A stretch of 64,000 bases of DNA from the NCBI GenBank assembly GCA_963667015.2, contig CAXXJJ010000004.1, forward strand, positions 2,048,001 through 2,112,000, read 5' to 3'. The position numbers were made by a program, and so were the translations under genes. Below are positions 20,624-30,879 of this stretch, piece after piece (the first letter of the stretch is position 1; every line of letters starts with the position of its first letter). Below the pieces are notes generated by a model. It saw nothing but the letters and a program-made list of their open reading frames with translations, was not told where the DNA came from and did no database searches. This DNA comes from Desulfatiglandales bacterium (GTDB lineage: Bacteria > Desulfobacterota > DSM-4660 > Desulfatiglandales > HGW-15).

Positions 20624-20905
20624 TTAAAGCTTTAATGTAGTTATGCCATAAACCCTGATTTTTTTATTTCTCGATTTTTCGCCTGAAATAATGTGAATAT
20701 CTTTTTTAGAAACCTTTAATTGTTTTGAAAGAAGGTCAATTACTGCTTTATTGGCCTTGCCGTCAACAGGTGGAGAGGTTACTTTAATCTTAACCAGGCC
20801 GCTTTCCTCTCTAACGATTTCATTCCTTGAAGATTTCGGAATTATCTTTGCGTCTACCTCTGTAAATATACTTTCGGTTTCTTTATTTTTCATTCCAGGC
20901 ACCAC
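20624..20905 (-). CDS. DUF167 (YggU) family protein
   Basis: KVTSPPVDGKAN…GEKSRNK motif. Confidence 0.85.
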   Translation of the reverse strand: MVPGMKNKETESIFTEVDAKIIPKSSRNEIVREESGLVKIKVTSPPVDGKANKAVIDLLSKQLKVSKKDIHIISGEKSRNKKIRVYGITTLKL

Positions 20906-20984
20906 TCAGTGTAATATATAGAAGTTGAATTATTCACTCCTGTAGTATAAATTATCTGTAAAATAAAATCCAAGAGGAATATAC

Positions 20985-21788
20985 ATGATACTGATTAAAT
21001 CAATAATTGATTTTCTAATAATTCTGCTGCTTGTTAGGCTTCTTATAAGGCCTATCGAGACTAACTACAATCAGATATACAGCCTTATCTACCGAATAAC
21101 AGATTATATCCTGAAACCTTTAAAATCGATATTCCGCGATGATTTAAAATCTGTTTTAGTAAGTGTTCTGGGACTGGTTATAATAAGGGGGCTTATATAT
21201 CTTACCATAACTCGTTTCACAATACTGGCCGCAGTTGGAGTAAGCTTTTTAAATCTCCTTCAGCTGCTGTTCCAGTTCTATATGGCAGTATGGTTTATTG
21301 CTATATTTGCGGGAGACAGGGTCCATACGCCTGTCATAAGTGTGCTGCAAAGGGCTTTTCTACCTATAGGCTCTCTTGCTTCGAAGCTGAATATCCCGCG
21401 AAAATCCTTTTCCATTTTTTCATTTGTTTTTCTGATGGTTTCCTACGTTGTCGTTTCCTTTATCCTGTATATCCTTATCACCAGCGGACCGTTTTCAGGT
21501 TCACCTTATTTACTGCGCAGCGTTGTAGAAGGGTTGATCCTGATAGTTGATCTCTTTACAGGGTTTTTCTCACTGGTAATAATTATAGGAGCTTTACTGT
21601 CATGGGTAAGTCCGGATCCATACAATCCTGTTGTACAGACAATTTACGGGATAAGCGAACCTTTGCTGGAACCATTTCGGAAGATCATACCAAATTTGGG
21701 AGGACTTGATATTTCTCCCATTGCCGCCCTGATATGTTTTCGTATTATTGGCACACAGCTTGTTGGATTATTAAAACAGATAATGTGA
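20985..21788 (+). CDS. YggT family membrane protein
   Basis: LLSWVSPDPYNP…EPLLEPFRKIIP.LGGLDISP motif. Confidence 0.85.
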   Translation: MILIKSIIDFLIILLLVRLLIRPIETNYNQIYSLIYRITDYILKPLKSIFRDDLKSVLVSVLGLVIIRGLIYLTITRFTILAAVGVSFLNLLQLLFQFYMAVWFIAIFAGDRVHTPVISVLQRAFLPIGSLASKLNIPRKSFSIFSFVFLMVSYVVVSFILYILITSGPFSGSPYLLRSVVEGLILIVDLFTGFFSLVIIIGALLSWVSPDPYNPVVQTIYGISEPLLEPFRKIIPNLGGLDISPIAALICFRIIGTQLVGLLKQIM

Positions 21789-21828
21789 TAGATTCACGGG
21801 TTTGGTTCATTTCTCGTTTGGAAAATAG

Positions 21829-22206
21829 GTAGAGCAGGCCATAAGCCGGGTTCTGTTTCCAGAGACGAAAAATACGTCCCTGAATGATGACCATTCATCT
21901 AGCCTTGATGTTGCCATCAAGATCAAGCGACCTACCCGGGGATTTGGGCGGACCACCCTCAAACTCCCCTTATTTGGTCTTGCTCCGGATGGGGTTTGCA
22001 TAGCTCCGGACGTCACCGCCCGGACTGGTGAGCTCTTACCTCACCGTTTCACCCTTACTCCCGGATTACTCCGGGAGCGGTTTACTTTCTGTTGCACTTT
22101 CCTGCCCGTCACCGGGACTGGACGTTATCCAGCATCCTGTCCTGTGGAGCCCGGACTTTCCTCCCCTTTGCAGTAAAGCAAAGCAGCGGCCATCCGGCCT
22201 GCTCTA
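21829..22206 (-). ncRNA. rnpB: RNase P RNA (bacterial type A)
   Basis: Minus strand contains GAGGAAAGTCCGGGCTCC, GAAAGTGCAACAGAAAG and the 3' ACAGAACCCGGCTTA; ends GAGCAGGCC/GGCCTGCTC pair as helix P1. Confidence 0.95.
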
Positions 22207-22222
22207 ATTTTTTTGTATCTAT

Positions 22223-22960
22223 TTAAATTCCGTTTAATACCTTAACAAAAAATTCATCCTCACCCCAGTAAATAAGCCTGTTGCAATGGGGGCATGACAT
22301 CATTTCATTACATCTTTGCAGTTCATTAAACTTTTGAGGCGGGATTTCAAGATGGCATCCCTGGCATATCCCCCCAATCACGGAGCTAACTGCAACGCCG
22401 GCCCGCCTGTCACGCAACAGGTCATAGGTCTTAAGCATTCGCTGATCAATCGCACTATTATACCCTGTTCTTTCGGATATAAGGTCCTGGGTCTCTTTAT
22501 CAAGCTCAAGGAGTTCTTTCTCTATCTCCTTTTTTTCCTCTTCATACTCTTCCCTGAGTTTCTCCTGTTCACCCTTGATATCATTACACTCTGCTTTAAG
22601 GGACTCAATTTCTTCCATCATCTGAAGAATTCTATCTTCTTTTTTCCCCTTTTCTTTTTCAATGTCAGATATCTCTTTTAATGCTGCAGTATATTCTTTA
22701 TTTGATTTTATATTATTCAGTTTTTCCTGACTTTTTGCATACCTGCTTTCTATATCCTGCACATCCTTTTCAAGTGCGCGTCTTTCTTTTTCAAGGGAAT
22801 CAAGCTTGTCAAACTTTGACTTGTATATGCTTGAAGCCTCTTCAAATGTCTCTTCCAACTTTGCAATCTGTACCGGAACCTGATCCCTTTTGGCTTGAAT
22901 AGCTTTTATTTTATTGTCGCATTCCTGAAGTATGATCAATTTTTTTATATTATCTTTCAA
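22223..22960 (-). CDS. Coiled-coil protein with C4-type zinc ribbon
   Basis: Long coiled coil followed by CQGCH…CPHCNRLIY; usual Nif3-rnpB context. Confidence 0.85.
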   Translation of the reverse strand: MKDNIKKLIILQECDNKIKAIQAKRDQVPVQIAKLEETFEEASSIYKSKFDKLDSLEKERRALEKDVQDIESRYAKSQEKLNNIKSNKEYTAALKEISDIEKEKGKKEDRILQMMEEIESLKAECNDIKGEQEKLREEYEEEKKEIEKELLELDKETQDLISERTGYNSAIDQRMLKTYDLLRDRRAGVAVSSVIGGICQGCHLEIPPQKFNELQRCNEMMSCPHCNRLIYWGEDEFFVKVLNGI

Positions 22961-22984
22961 TTCCAGCCCTCCCCTGTTTTTTTA

Positions 22985-23794
22985 TTATATTATCCTGACC
23001 GGGTCAGTTTCTTCATCAAACAACTCGATAGTAATATTCATTTTATTGTTCTCGAATAGTTTATCGAGGTTCATTACAAAGCCCGACAGTGCAGCCCTTT
23101 CCGTTCTAAAATGACCTGCATCAATAACACTTATATTCAAGGTTTTTGCCGTGAGGGCGTCATGGTGTCCTATATCTCCGGTTATTAACAAATCTGCTTT
23201 TTTTTCAACTGCAGTATTAATAAAGTCTCTCCCTGATCCTCCCACAACAGCAATACGTTTTACAATCGATTCATCGGGGCCAATAATCTTTGCAGCATCC
23301 AGCCCGAGAAGATCCTTAATTAACCTGGAAAAAGAAAGCAGGTCAGAGGGCTCAGGCAAATCACCTATCACCCCTATTCCATATCCTCCTTCGCCATATA
23401 ACTCCCTGGGCTCCAGGACCTCGATACCGGTAAGACCGATCTCTTTTGCAAGGTGATGATTAATACCTGTCTTGGCTGAATCCAGATTTGTATGAGCCGC
23501 TACAATTGCGATATCATTTTTTACTGCTTCACATATAACATCACCCGGATAGGTATTTAAATCAATGCATGATACCCCCCTGAATAATAGAGGATGATGA
23601 GTAAGTAATAACTGGGCGCCTGTTGATGAAGCCTTTTTCACAGCCTCAAAAGTCGGATCTAGTGCAACAAGGATCTTTTTTATTGTCTGGCTATATGATC
23701 CAACCTGAAGACCTGAATTATCCCAACTTTCAGCAAGCTCAAAAGGCGCCAATTCATCGAGGATGCTTAAAACTTCTTTCAGATCTGGAAACAT
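22985..23794 (-). CDS. Nif3-like dinuclear metal centre protein
   Basis: AESWDNSGLQVG, THHPLLF, AHTNLD and DAGHFRTE motifs. Confidence 0.92.
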   Translation of the reverse strand: MFPDLKEVLSILDELAPFELAESWDNSGLQVGSYSQTIKKILVALDPTFEAVKKASSTGAQLLLTHHPLLFRGVSCIDLNTYPGDVICEAVKNDIAIVAAHTNLDSAKTGINHHLAKEIGLTGIEVLEPRELYGEGGYGIGVIGDLPEPSDLLSFSRLIKDLLGLDAAKIIGPDESIVKRIAVVGGSGRDFINTAVEKKADLLITGDIGHHDALTAKTLNISVIDAGHFRTERAALSGFVMNLDKLFENNKMNITIELFDEETDPVRII

Positions 23795-23925
23795 ATCAAC
23801 CCATCGCCCCTGATAATTTTAAAAAGTTGAAATAATGAACTGCCCCGCTGCAAACGATGAGGTATCAGGTTTTACACTTCACAACAAAAAGGACAATATT
23901 ACTAAAAGCACATGATTAAAAATGG

Positions 23926-23955
23926 AAAGGGCGCATCTTTAATGATGCGCCCTTT
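23926..23955. terminator. Hairpin downstream of tRNA-Ile2
   Basis: AAAGGGCGCATC-tttaat-GATGCGCCCTTT. Confidence 0.7.
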
Positions 23956-24023
23956 AAGCTACTGATCTCTTAATTGAGATTTATTTTTATATATTTGAAA
24001 AATTAACATTTTGCCTTTCATGA

Positions 24024-24096
24024 TGGGCCCACCTGGGTTCGAACCAGGGACCTACCGGTTATGAGCCGGTGGCTCTTCCAGCTGAGCTATGGGCCC
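24024..24096 (-). tRNA. tRNA with CAT anticodon, most likely tRNA-Ile2 (lysidine); CCA not encoded
   Basis: GGGCCCATAGCTCAG…ACCGGCTCATAACCGGT…GTTCGAA…TGGGCCCA cloverleaf; position downstream of rpoD matches the usual ileX site. Confidence 0.9.
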
Positions 24097-24178
24097 TTAA
24101 GATTGCTGCTTGATTCAGGCTGTATAAAATGCAACCGGAAACGATTTTTGTCAAGAAAAAATGCAAATAAAATTTCAA

Positions 24179-25942
24179 CTAACGTTCAATAAAGCTTTTT
24201 AATTTTCTGCTCCTGCTCGGATGCCTGAGTTTTCTAAGGGCCTTTGCCTCAATCTGCCTGATCCGCTCCCTTGTGACATTAAAATCCCTGCCAACTTCTT
24301 CAAGAGTATGATCGGATTTTTCGCCTATACCGAATCTCATCCTGAGGACCTTCTCTTCTCTTGGTGTAAGAGATGTAAGCACCTTTCTTGTCTGCTCTCC
24401 AAGGCTGTGGTTCACTACTGCTTCACCCGGAGATATCACTTTTTTATCCTCTATGAAATCACCAAGATGGCTGTCCTCCTCCTCACCAATCGGTGTCTCG
24501 AGAGAGATAGGTTCTTTTGCTATCTTCAAGACCTTACGTACTTTTTCCAGCGGAAACTCCATCTTTTCTGCAATCTCTTCAGGAGTGGGTTCCCTGCCAT
24601 GTTCCTGAACAAGGTATCTGGATGTCCGTATAAGCTTGTTAATTGTCTCGATCATATGAACAGGAATACGTATTGTTCTTGCCTGATCAGCAATAGCCCT
24701 TGTTATTGCCTGCCTGATCCACCAGGTAGCATAGGTGCTGAACTTGTATCCACGCTGATACTCAAATTTTTCAACAGCCTTCATCAGGCCTATATTTCCT
24801 TCCTGAATCAGATCAAGAAACTGAAGGCCTCTGTTGGTGTATTTCTTGGCAATACTTACTACCAGTCTGAGATTCGCCTGGATGAGTTCCTTTTTTGCAA
24901 GTTTAGATTTCTCAAGACTGCGTCTTGCCGTGTCCAGAGTCTCCCTCAGCTCCCTTGTGGTCATATTTGTACGGTCTTTAGTTTCTTTTATTGTTTTTTG
25001 CGCCTCGTTAATCTCTGTTCTAAAGATAAGCAGTTCTGATTTTTTCTTTTTCAGCGCTGTTACAATATCATTATCCTTTGCATTTTTCGGGATACTGCTG
25101 ATACATTTTTTTATGTATGTGATTGATTTACCACCGGCCTTTAGAACACATTCTGAAACCTGGTTGTCAGCCTTTTCACAATCTATGACCATTTCGCGGA
25201 GCATATCCATCATATTGTCGAGCTGACCCTTTTCAAGTTTAAAGCTGCATATCATTTCAAAAATCTTGTCATAGATCTTCGTCATTTTAGTCGAAAGCTT
25301 TTTCTTCTTGGCGACGGCACAGCTCTTCTTGGATATTTCAACCTTTATTTTACAATATTCTTCATATAGCTCCTTGATATCATCAATCAATTTAATAAGG
25401 TGCTCTCTTTTTTCACCTATCTGGGCATGATTCTCTTCATAATCAGGATCATTGATAATATTTTTTAACTTTACTTCGCCGGTCTTCAGCTTTTCTCCAA
25501 GATCAATTATATATTCTATCCCTACGCAGCACTTCAAAAGCAGCTCAAGGGTATTTTTTTCACCTTCTTCAATTCTTTTTGCTATATCAACTTCACCTTC
25601 TCTGGTTAGAAGCGAGATACAGCCCATCTCTTTAAGATACATCTTTACAGGATCAGATACCCTCGCTGTGTTATCAACGATATCAGCACGAAAATCTTCT
25701 TTTTCCAGCTCTTTTTCTTTCTTTTTCTTTAGTTTTCTGGATTTTTCGATTTCGTTCTTTGCTGCCTCGTCAATAACCATGATATCCAATTCTTCAAACA
25801 TCATCATTACATCGTCGATATGCTCTGAAGAGATTATTTCATCCGGCAGATCGTCATTCAGCTCTTCGTAAGTAATGTAGCCTTTGTCTTTACCGATATC
25901 TATTAATCGCTTCAAATTATGCATATCAGATTTATTTGTCAT
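24179..25942 (-). CDS. rpoD: RNA polymerase primary sigma factor RpoD
   Basis: [36 protein letters not shown] and TRERIRQIE motifs. Confidence 0.97.
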   Translation of the reverse strand: MTNKSDMHNLKRLIDIGKDKGYITYEELNDDLPDEIISSEHIDDVMMMFEELDIMVIDEAAKNEIEKSRKLKKKKEKELEKEDFRADIVDNTARVSDPVKMYLKEMGCISLLTREGEVDIAKRIEEGEKNTLELLLKCCVGIEYIIDLGEKLKTGEVKLKNIINDPDYEENHAQIGEKREHLIKLIDDIKELYEEYCKIKVEISKKSCAVAKKKKLSTKMTKIYDKIFEMICSFKLEKGQLDNMMDMLREMVIDCEKADNQVSECVLKAGGKSITYIKKCISSIPKNAKDNDIVTALKKKKSELLIFRTEINEAQKTIKETKDRTNMTTRELRETLDTARRSLEKSKLAKKELIQANLRLVVSIAKKYTNRGLQFLDLIQEGNIGLMKAVEKFEYQRGYKFSTYATWWIRQAITRAIADQARTIRIPVHMIETINKLIRTSRYLVQEHGREPTPEEIAEKMEFPLEKVRKVLKIAKEPISLETPIGEEEDSHLGDFIEDKKVISPGEAVVNHSLGEQTRKVLTSLTPREEKVLRMRFGIGEKSDHTLEEVGRDFNVTRERIRQIEAKALRKLRHPSRSRKLKSFIER

Positions 25943-26037
25943 ACTATCCCTCCTGATAATTACCTATATCCGGTTATTTATTTAAACCTTTTCTATACTC
26001 TCTGAACAGGCATATAAAAAAGGAGATTTTTCAGGCC

Positions 26038-27774
26038 TTATACTGCTCTTCTCTGCTTAATTAACTCATTAAGCATTTTAAGATCGCCAGTTTTTTTTGC
26101 CTTATTAATCGAATTTGTTAACTCTATATCGTTTATTCTGTTTTCAAACTCAGCAACAGCCTGTCTGGCTGAGTCTCCTTTATATATTGGTTCCGAAAGC
26201 ATTACTTCGCTAAATATTTCTCTTTCAGGACCTTCCTGCATGCTCTCAAGTATCTGTTCCGGAACCAGATTTTTTTCCAGTCTATATATCTCGGCAAGTC
26301 GGTTAAAAATCTTAACTACTTCATTGTCAGATATCAGTAATCTGAAATCATCCATGAGGATTCTCTCTGCAGTTTCCGGTGAATGTATTAAAAGATTAAG
26401 AAGATGATACTCCTTGAGGCTTTTAACCCTCGATCCCTTTACTTCTGATTCCAGATTTCCCCTTCTTTCTTTCTCTGATCCGCCCCTCCTGAGTCTTTTC
26501 ATTTCATCAAGGATAATTGATTCAGCGATATCACATTTCTCACAGAAATGCCTTATATATACCGATCTCTGCAGATCACTCGAAATTTCTGACAGTACCG
26601 GAATAACTTCCTTTAATATCTCGACCTTCCCTGTTACCCCTGATTCCAGCCCTGTTATTTTTGATTCCACATAAAAATCAAACATGGGAACCGAGTTATC
26701 CAGAAGACTCAAAAAGGAATCCAGCCCCCTGTTGTTGACAAATGAATCAGGGTCTTCTCCTTCGGGCAATATCATAACCCTGGCTTTCAGGCCTTCATTC
26801 AAAAAAAGGGGAAGGCTTTTTATAGCTGCATTTTTTCCTGCAGCATCGGAATCAAACAGAACAATAATCTCCTTTGCAAAACCTTTGAGCTTTCTTATAT
26901 GAGACGGTGTGAGTGCTGTACCCAGGGTTGCAACCGCCCCGTGAAATCCGTGATTATTTAATGCAAGGACATCCGTATAACCTTCCACAATAACTACGCG
27001 ACCTGTTTCGCGTATATGTGTGAAGGCCATATTTAATCCATATAATAATTCACCTTTATGAAAAACAGGTGTCTCCGGGGTATTCAGATATTTTGGCAGT
27101 GAATCATCAAGCACTCTGCCGCCAAAACCTGCAACCCTTCCCTCCATGTCAAAAATAGGGAAAATCACCCTTCCCCTGAAACGGTCGTAATACCCGCCAT
27201 TTTTTTTGGGAATCAGGAGACCGGCCTGTTCCGCTTTTTCAAGACTTATTTTCTTTCGGGACAGGATCTTTACCAGGCCGTCCCACCCATCAAGTGCATA
27301 ACCTAACTTAAATTTACTGACGGTTTCACGGGATACCAGCCTTTTTTCGAAATATTCAATACCCTTTTGCCCGTTATCCGTCTTTTCGAGTATATAATTA
27401 TAATATCCCGCCGCAGCATTATTTATTCGGTACAGCAATTCCTTTAAATCAAGCTCTTTCTTTTGAGCCGGGGATATCTTTTTTTCAGGAAGTATTACGC
27501 TATACCTATCAGCAAGGTCTTTAATGGCCTGTGGAAACGCAACCTTGTGATATTCCATCCAAAAAGCAAAAACATCTCCACTTTTCTTACACCCGAAACA
27601 GTGGAACATCTGCTTTGACTGACTTACTGTAAAAGAAGGATCCTTATCGCCATGAAACGGGCATAATCCAATATGATTCAAACCAGCCTTTTTCAGTTGT
27701 ACATACTGCCCAATCAGTTCGACAATATCCGCCGTTCTCTTTATCTCTTCCTTGGCTAACTGATAGGGATCCAT
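26038..27774 (-). CDS. dnaG: DNA primase
   Basis: CPFH…CFGC zinc finger, DRFRGR, KYLNTPET, VEGYTD, FDSD and DPD Toprim motifs. Confidence 0.97.
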   Translation of the reverse strand: MDPYQLAKEEIKRTADIVELIGQYVQLKKAGLNHIGLCPFHGDKDPSFTVSQSKQMFHCFGCKKSGDVFAFWMEYHKVAFPQAIKDLADRYSVILPEKKISPAQKKELDLKELLYRINNAAAGYYNYILEKTDNGQKGIEYFEKRLVSRETVSKFKLGYALDGWDGLVKILSRKKISLEKAEQAGLLIPKKNGGYYDRFRGRVIFPIFDMEGRVAGFGGRVLDDSLPKYLNTPETPVFHKGELLYGLNMAFTHIRETGRVVIVEGYTDVLALNNHGFHGAVATLGTALTPSHIRKLKGFAKEIIVLFDSDAAGKNAAIKSLPLFLNEGLKARVMILPEGEDPDSFVNNRGLDSFLSLLDNSVPMFDFYVESKITGLESGVTGKVEILKEVIPVLSEISSDLQRSVYIRHFCEKCDIAESIILDEMKRLRRGGSEKERRGNLESEVKGSRVKSLKEYHLLNLLIHSPETAERILMDDFRLLISDNEVVKIFNRLAEIYRLEKNLVPEQILESMQEGPEREIFSEVMLSEPIYKGDSARQAVAEFENRINDIELTNSINKAKKTGDLKMLNELIKQRRAV

Positions 27775-27862
27775 TTTATTCCTTCATTGATAGACATGGC
27801 CTTATCCTCCGGGCATCCGGATAATTTCCAGTCAAGGCCAGGGCAATTCAGTTAAACATTTC

Positions 27863-27890
27863 ATTATATTAACGATTTTATATTTGTCAA
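27863..27890 (-). promoter_or_regulatory. sigma70 promoter of dnaG-rpoD
   Basis: TTGACA-N16-TATAAT on the minus strand. Confidence 0.6.
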
Positions 27891-27976
27891 TGACGAAAAA
27901 GCGGGTTTAAGCGGCTTATTTTTATAAAATTACAATAGATTAAGAAAAATATATTGACCAAATTAAATTTGGACGA

Positions 27977-28675
27977 TTATTCCTTATTTTTCAAAGGCAT
28001 ACTGTCTATCAATTCTTTCAAACCGACCTCAGCCAGGGTGTCGGCATCCACCCATTTCCCTTTGAATTTTAAAAATGATTTAATCTCCAGAAGGTTTTCA
28101 CTCAGGGATTTTTGTGTTTTATCAAACCTTCCCTTCCATAAAAAAGAACCATCTTCCACATTTACAAGATATGCATCAAAGGCTACCGAAGCAGGCCTAC
28201 CGGCTGCAAGTTCGCTTCCCTCACGCTCATGCATCCGGTAGAGATATCCGGTCATAACAACATCCGCAGAAACAGCCTTTCCTACAGACTGGAGTATTTT
28301 TACCTGATTATTGGAACTCTCTTCAAAAAGTTCGGGATTTGTCAGGTTTTTTATTTCACGCAGATTTATAAACTCATAATCCTTTGAATCCATCAGCAGG
28401 GTATACATCTTGTCAGACATTATATCTGCCAATGATTGACTTACCGGCTCAGACCTTACAGCACCGCCGGTCAATGGATTAAGGAATAAAGCCGGTTCCT
28501 GACCGGGAGATAATGCCGGCTTAAAGCCCAAAAAAACAATCCTGCCGACTTCAACAGGGGGCCCAGAATATTCAATCCCGCCTTTATTTTTAACCGTGCA
28601 TCCACTGATAAGAACTGCCAGGAGAAAAATAAGTAAATTCCGGGTCAGCCGAAGGTTATATTTTTTTGTTGGCAT
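27977..28675 (-). CDS. Putative lipoprotein, function unknown
   Basis: Basic N-terminus, hydrophobic stretch and LISG-C lipobox. Confidence 0.7.
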   Translation of the reverse strand: MPTKKYNLRLTRNLLIFLLAVLISGCTVKNKGGIEYSGPPVEVGRIVFLGFKPALSPGQEPALFLNPLTGGAVRSEPVSQSLADIMSDKMYTLLMDSKDYEFINLREIKNLTNPELFEESSNNQVKILQSVGKAVSADVVMTGYLYRMHEREGSELAAGRPASVAFDAYLVNVEDGSFLWKGRFDKTQKSLSENLLEIKSFLKFKGKWVDADTLAEVGLKELIDSMPLKNKE

Positions 28676-28714
28676 ATTGCCCCCATTTTAAGGAATCATG
28701 GTTATCTGTCTTTT

Positions 28715-29305
28715 CTACAAAAGCCCCTTTGATGAGGGAACTTTTCCACCAAGTCTTTCTTCAACCGCAGTAGCCATATCCAGGGCCTTTCCAAGTGCCT
28801 TGAAAATAGACTCGGCTATATGATGGGGGTCTTTACCTGAAATCAGATCCACATGCATGGTAATTCCCGAATAGGTAACAAAGGCCCTGAAAAATTCTTC
28901 CAGAAGTTCAATGTCAAAGCTGCCCGTTCTACTGTTGTTTACAGAAACTCGATATGCCAGAAAAGGCCGGTTTGAGATATCAATAACAACACTGGACATT
29001 GCCTCGTCCATTGGCACAGAAGCCTGCCCATACCGCCTGATTCCTTTTTTATCATCAAGGCTCTTGCATATTGCCTGGCCGAAGCATATGCCCAGATCTT
29101 CAACAGTATGGTGATAATCAATATCAATATCACCACTTGCAGTAATATCAAGATCCATAAACCCGTGAACAGCCATCAGGTTCAGCATGTGATCCATAAA
29201 CGGAATGCCTGTGTTGATAGTTGTTTTTCCGTTTCCATCCAGATCAATATCAATCCGGATATCCGTTTCATTTGTCTTACGATCTATTATTGCCTTTCTT
29301 TTCAT
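28715..29305 (-). CDS. hisB: Imidazoleglycerol-phosphate dehydratase
   Basis: RKTNETDI, DHML, HHTVED, PMDEA, HHIAE and PSSKG motifs. Confidence 0.96.
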   Translation of the reverse strand: MKRKAIIDRKTNETDIRIDIDLDGNGKTTINTGIPFMDHMLNLMAVHGFMDLDITASGDIDIDYHHTVEDLGICFGQAICKSLDDKKGIRRYGQASVPMDEAMSSVVIDISNRPFLAYRVSVNNSRTGSFDIELLEEFFRAFVTYSGITMHVDLISGKDPHHIAESIFKALGKALDMATAVEERLGGKVPSSKGLL

Positions 29306-29348
29306 TTACCGTACTCCATAGGGGAAAATAAACATTAATAAATTATTA

Positions 29349-29648
29349 CCTGAATTTTGCACGAAATCGTTCTGAAATGCATATAGGGTTCTATGAACCT
29401 CGTTATTACTGAGTTTTGAAAGGCTTAATATTTTCCATACTTTAACCAAGAGGTAATGAAGTACAATTTTACAATTCTAAAAAGCTAGCCTGATAAGGCT
29501 TTTCAATGCCACCCGGAAAGCCAGTAAAATAGGGGCTCTTAAAACACAGTGTTTTTATGGTACGTTTAACCATTTGATAATTCGTTGAAATTTACCCGTG
29601 CAAAAAAATTCTTGCACGGGATTTTATAAAAGTGGTGCAAAATTCAGG
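29349..29648. mobile_element. 300-bp non-autonomous element (MITE) with IS1380-like ends
   Basis: Perfect 14-bp TIRs CCTGAATTTTGCAC / GTGCAAAATTCAGG, flanked by a 5-bp direct repeat TATTA (29344-29348, 29649-29653); no ORF in the track. Confidence 0.8.
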
Positions 29649-29741
29649 TATTAAACGGGTTAAAGGAGAAGATGATGATAGATAAGTATTTGAACGATCC
29701 ATTATCCTTACCGGACCAAAACAGTTCCCCAAAATTTGACA

Positions 29742-29817
29742 TGGTGGAGATGATCGGGATCGAACCGACGACCTGTACGTTGCGAACGTACCGCTCTCCC
29801 AACTGAGCTACATCCCC
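29742..29817 (-). tRNA. tRNA-Ala(CGC)
   Basis: GGGGATGTAGCTCAG…GTACG-TTCGCAA-CGTAC…TCATCTCCACCA; G3:U70 pair present. Confidence 0.95.
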
Positions 29818-29982
29818 ATTGTTTAAAACTCTGAATTAGCAGATAATAAGATTAAATAAAAAACATTTAAACAATAAATATATAAATACTTTTAGCTATA
29901 TAATCAAGATATTTTTCTTATTTTGCAATGGACTAATAAAATGCTTGCATTTTATCAAAATTTTGGTACAAAGCTACCCCAT

Positions 29983-30056
29983 GCCCCCGTAGCTCAGGTG
30001 GATAGAGCACCAGATTCCTAATCTGGGTGCCGCATGTTCGAGTCATGCCGGGGGCA
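29983..30056 (+). tRNA. tRNA-Arg(CCT); CCA not encoded
   Basis: GCCCCCGTAGCTCAG…CCAGA-TTCCTAA-TCTGG…GTTCGAG…CGGGGGCA. Confidence 0.93.
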
Positions 30057-30175
30057 CTTTTATATAAGTAATACATGATATTACGTCATATTAAAAAAGT
30101 CATATATATAATTTATAGTTTGACATATGGCTTTTTTTCTTTTATTATCACGTGTTACAACTTTGGAGGATAACT

Positions 30176-30487
30176 ATGTACGCTGTAATAAAAACCGGTG
30201 GAAAACAATATCGCGTAACCCCCGGCGATATGCTGAAAATTGAAAAGCTTGACGGTGAAGTAGGTGATGCAGTTACCTTTGATAAGGTACTCATGACTTC
30301 AGACGGAGAGAATGTCAACCTGGGAAAACCATACCTTGAAGATACAAAGGTATATGGCAGCATCGCCAGACAGGCAAAAGACAGAAAGGTTATTGTCTTT
30401 AAATATAAAAAAAGAAAAGGTTACAGGAAAAAAAATGGACACAGGCAGAATTTCACACTGATAAAAATTGACAATATTGGTGAATAA
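30176..30487 (+). CDS. rplU: 50S ribosomal protein L21
   Basis: MYAVIKTGGKQY…GHRQ; start revised to ATG 30176 after a GGAGG SD. Confidence 0.97.
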   Translation: MYAVIKTGGKQYRVTPGDMLKIEKLDGEVGDAVTFDKVLMTSDGENVNLGKPYLEDTKVYGSIARQAKDRKVIVFKYKKRKGYRKKNGHRQNFTLIKIDNIGE

Positions 30488-30591
30488 TTATTCCTAATGT
30501 CCAACAAGGTAATACTTTTCTAACAGTATTAAAACAATATCACTTTATAAATTTTTTCGCTGAAAGCGATTTTATATAAAGGAATTAGATT

Positions 30592-30846
30592 ATGTCACAT
30601 AAAAAAGCAGGCGGAAGTTCAAGAAATGGCAGAGATAGTGCCGGCCAGAGATATGGAGTAAAAAAATATGCTGGTGAAACGGTAAAGGCAGGGAATATCC
30701 TTATCAGACAGAGGGGAACCCAGGTTCACCCGGGCGAAAACGTAGGGCTTGGAAAAGACTATACGATTTTTGCCAAGATAGACGGAAAAGTCACCTTTGA
30801 GAGATTTGCAAAGAATCGAAAAAAGGTGAGCGTTTACGCCGACTAA
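30592..30846 (+). CDS. rpmA: 50S ribosomal protein L27
   Basis: [16 protein letters not shown]…IRQRGT. Confidence 0.97.
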   Translation: MSHKKAGGSSRNGRDSAGQRYGVKKYAGETVKAGNILIRQRGTQVHPGENVGLGKDYTIFAKIDGKVTFERFAKNRKKVSVYAD

Positions 30847-30879
30847 AAAATTCTCCTTTTTCCACCACCTGAGGATAAT

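Noticed and set aside
21807..22016. 69-aa ORF in the track
   Set aside because: Lies within the RNase P RNA gene.
23835..23867. ATGAACTGCCCCGCTGCAAACGATGAGGTATCA as an IS200/IS605 end remnant
   Set aside because: Hairpin too degenerate and no associated tnpA/tnpB; cannot be supported without a search.
24024..24096. tRNA-Met call for the CAT anticodon
   Set aside because: Lacks initiator features (C1:A72 mismatch, three G-C anticodon-stem pairs); sequence and position after rpoD fit tRNA-Ile2 better.
24221..25871. Long plus-strand ORFs (272, 130 and 139 aa) and similar short overlapping ORFs elsewhere in the track
   Set aside because: Antisense or alternate-frame shadows of well-supported genes such as rpoD; no motifs or SDs recognised.
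29654..30150. tRNA genes as integration sites of a genomic island
   Set aside because: No integrase and no duplicated tRNA 3' end seen in the window; flanks are core genes.
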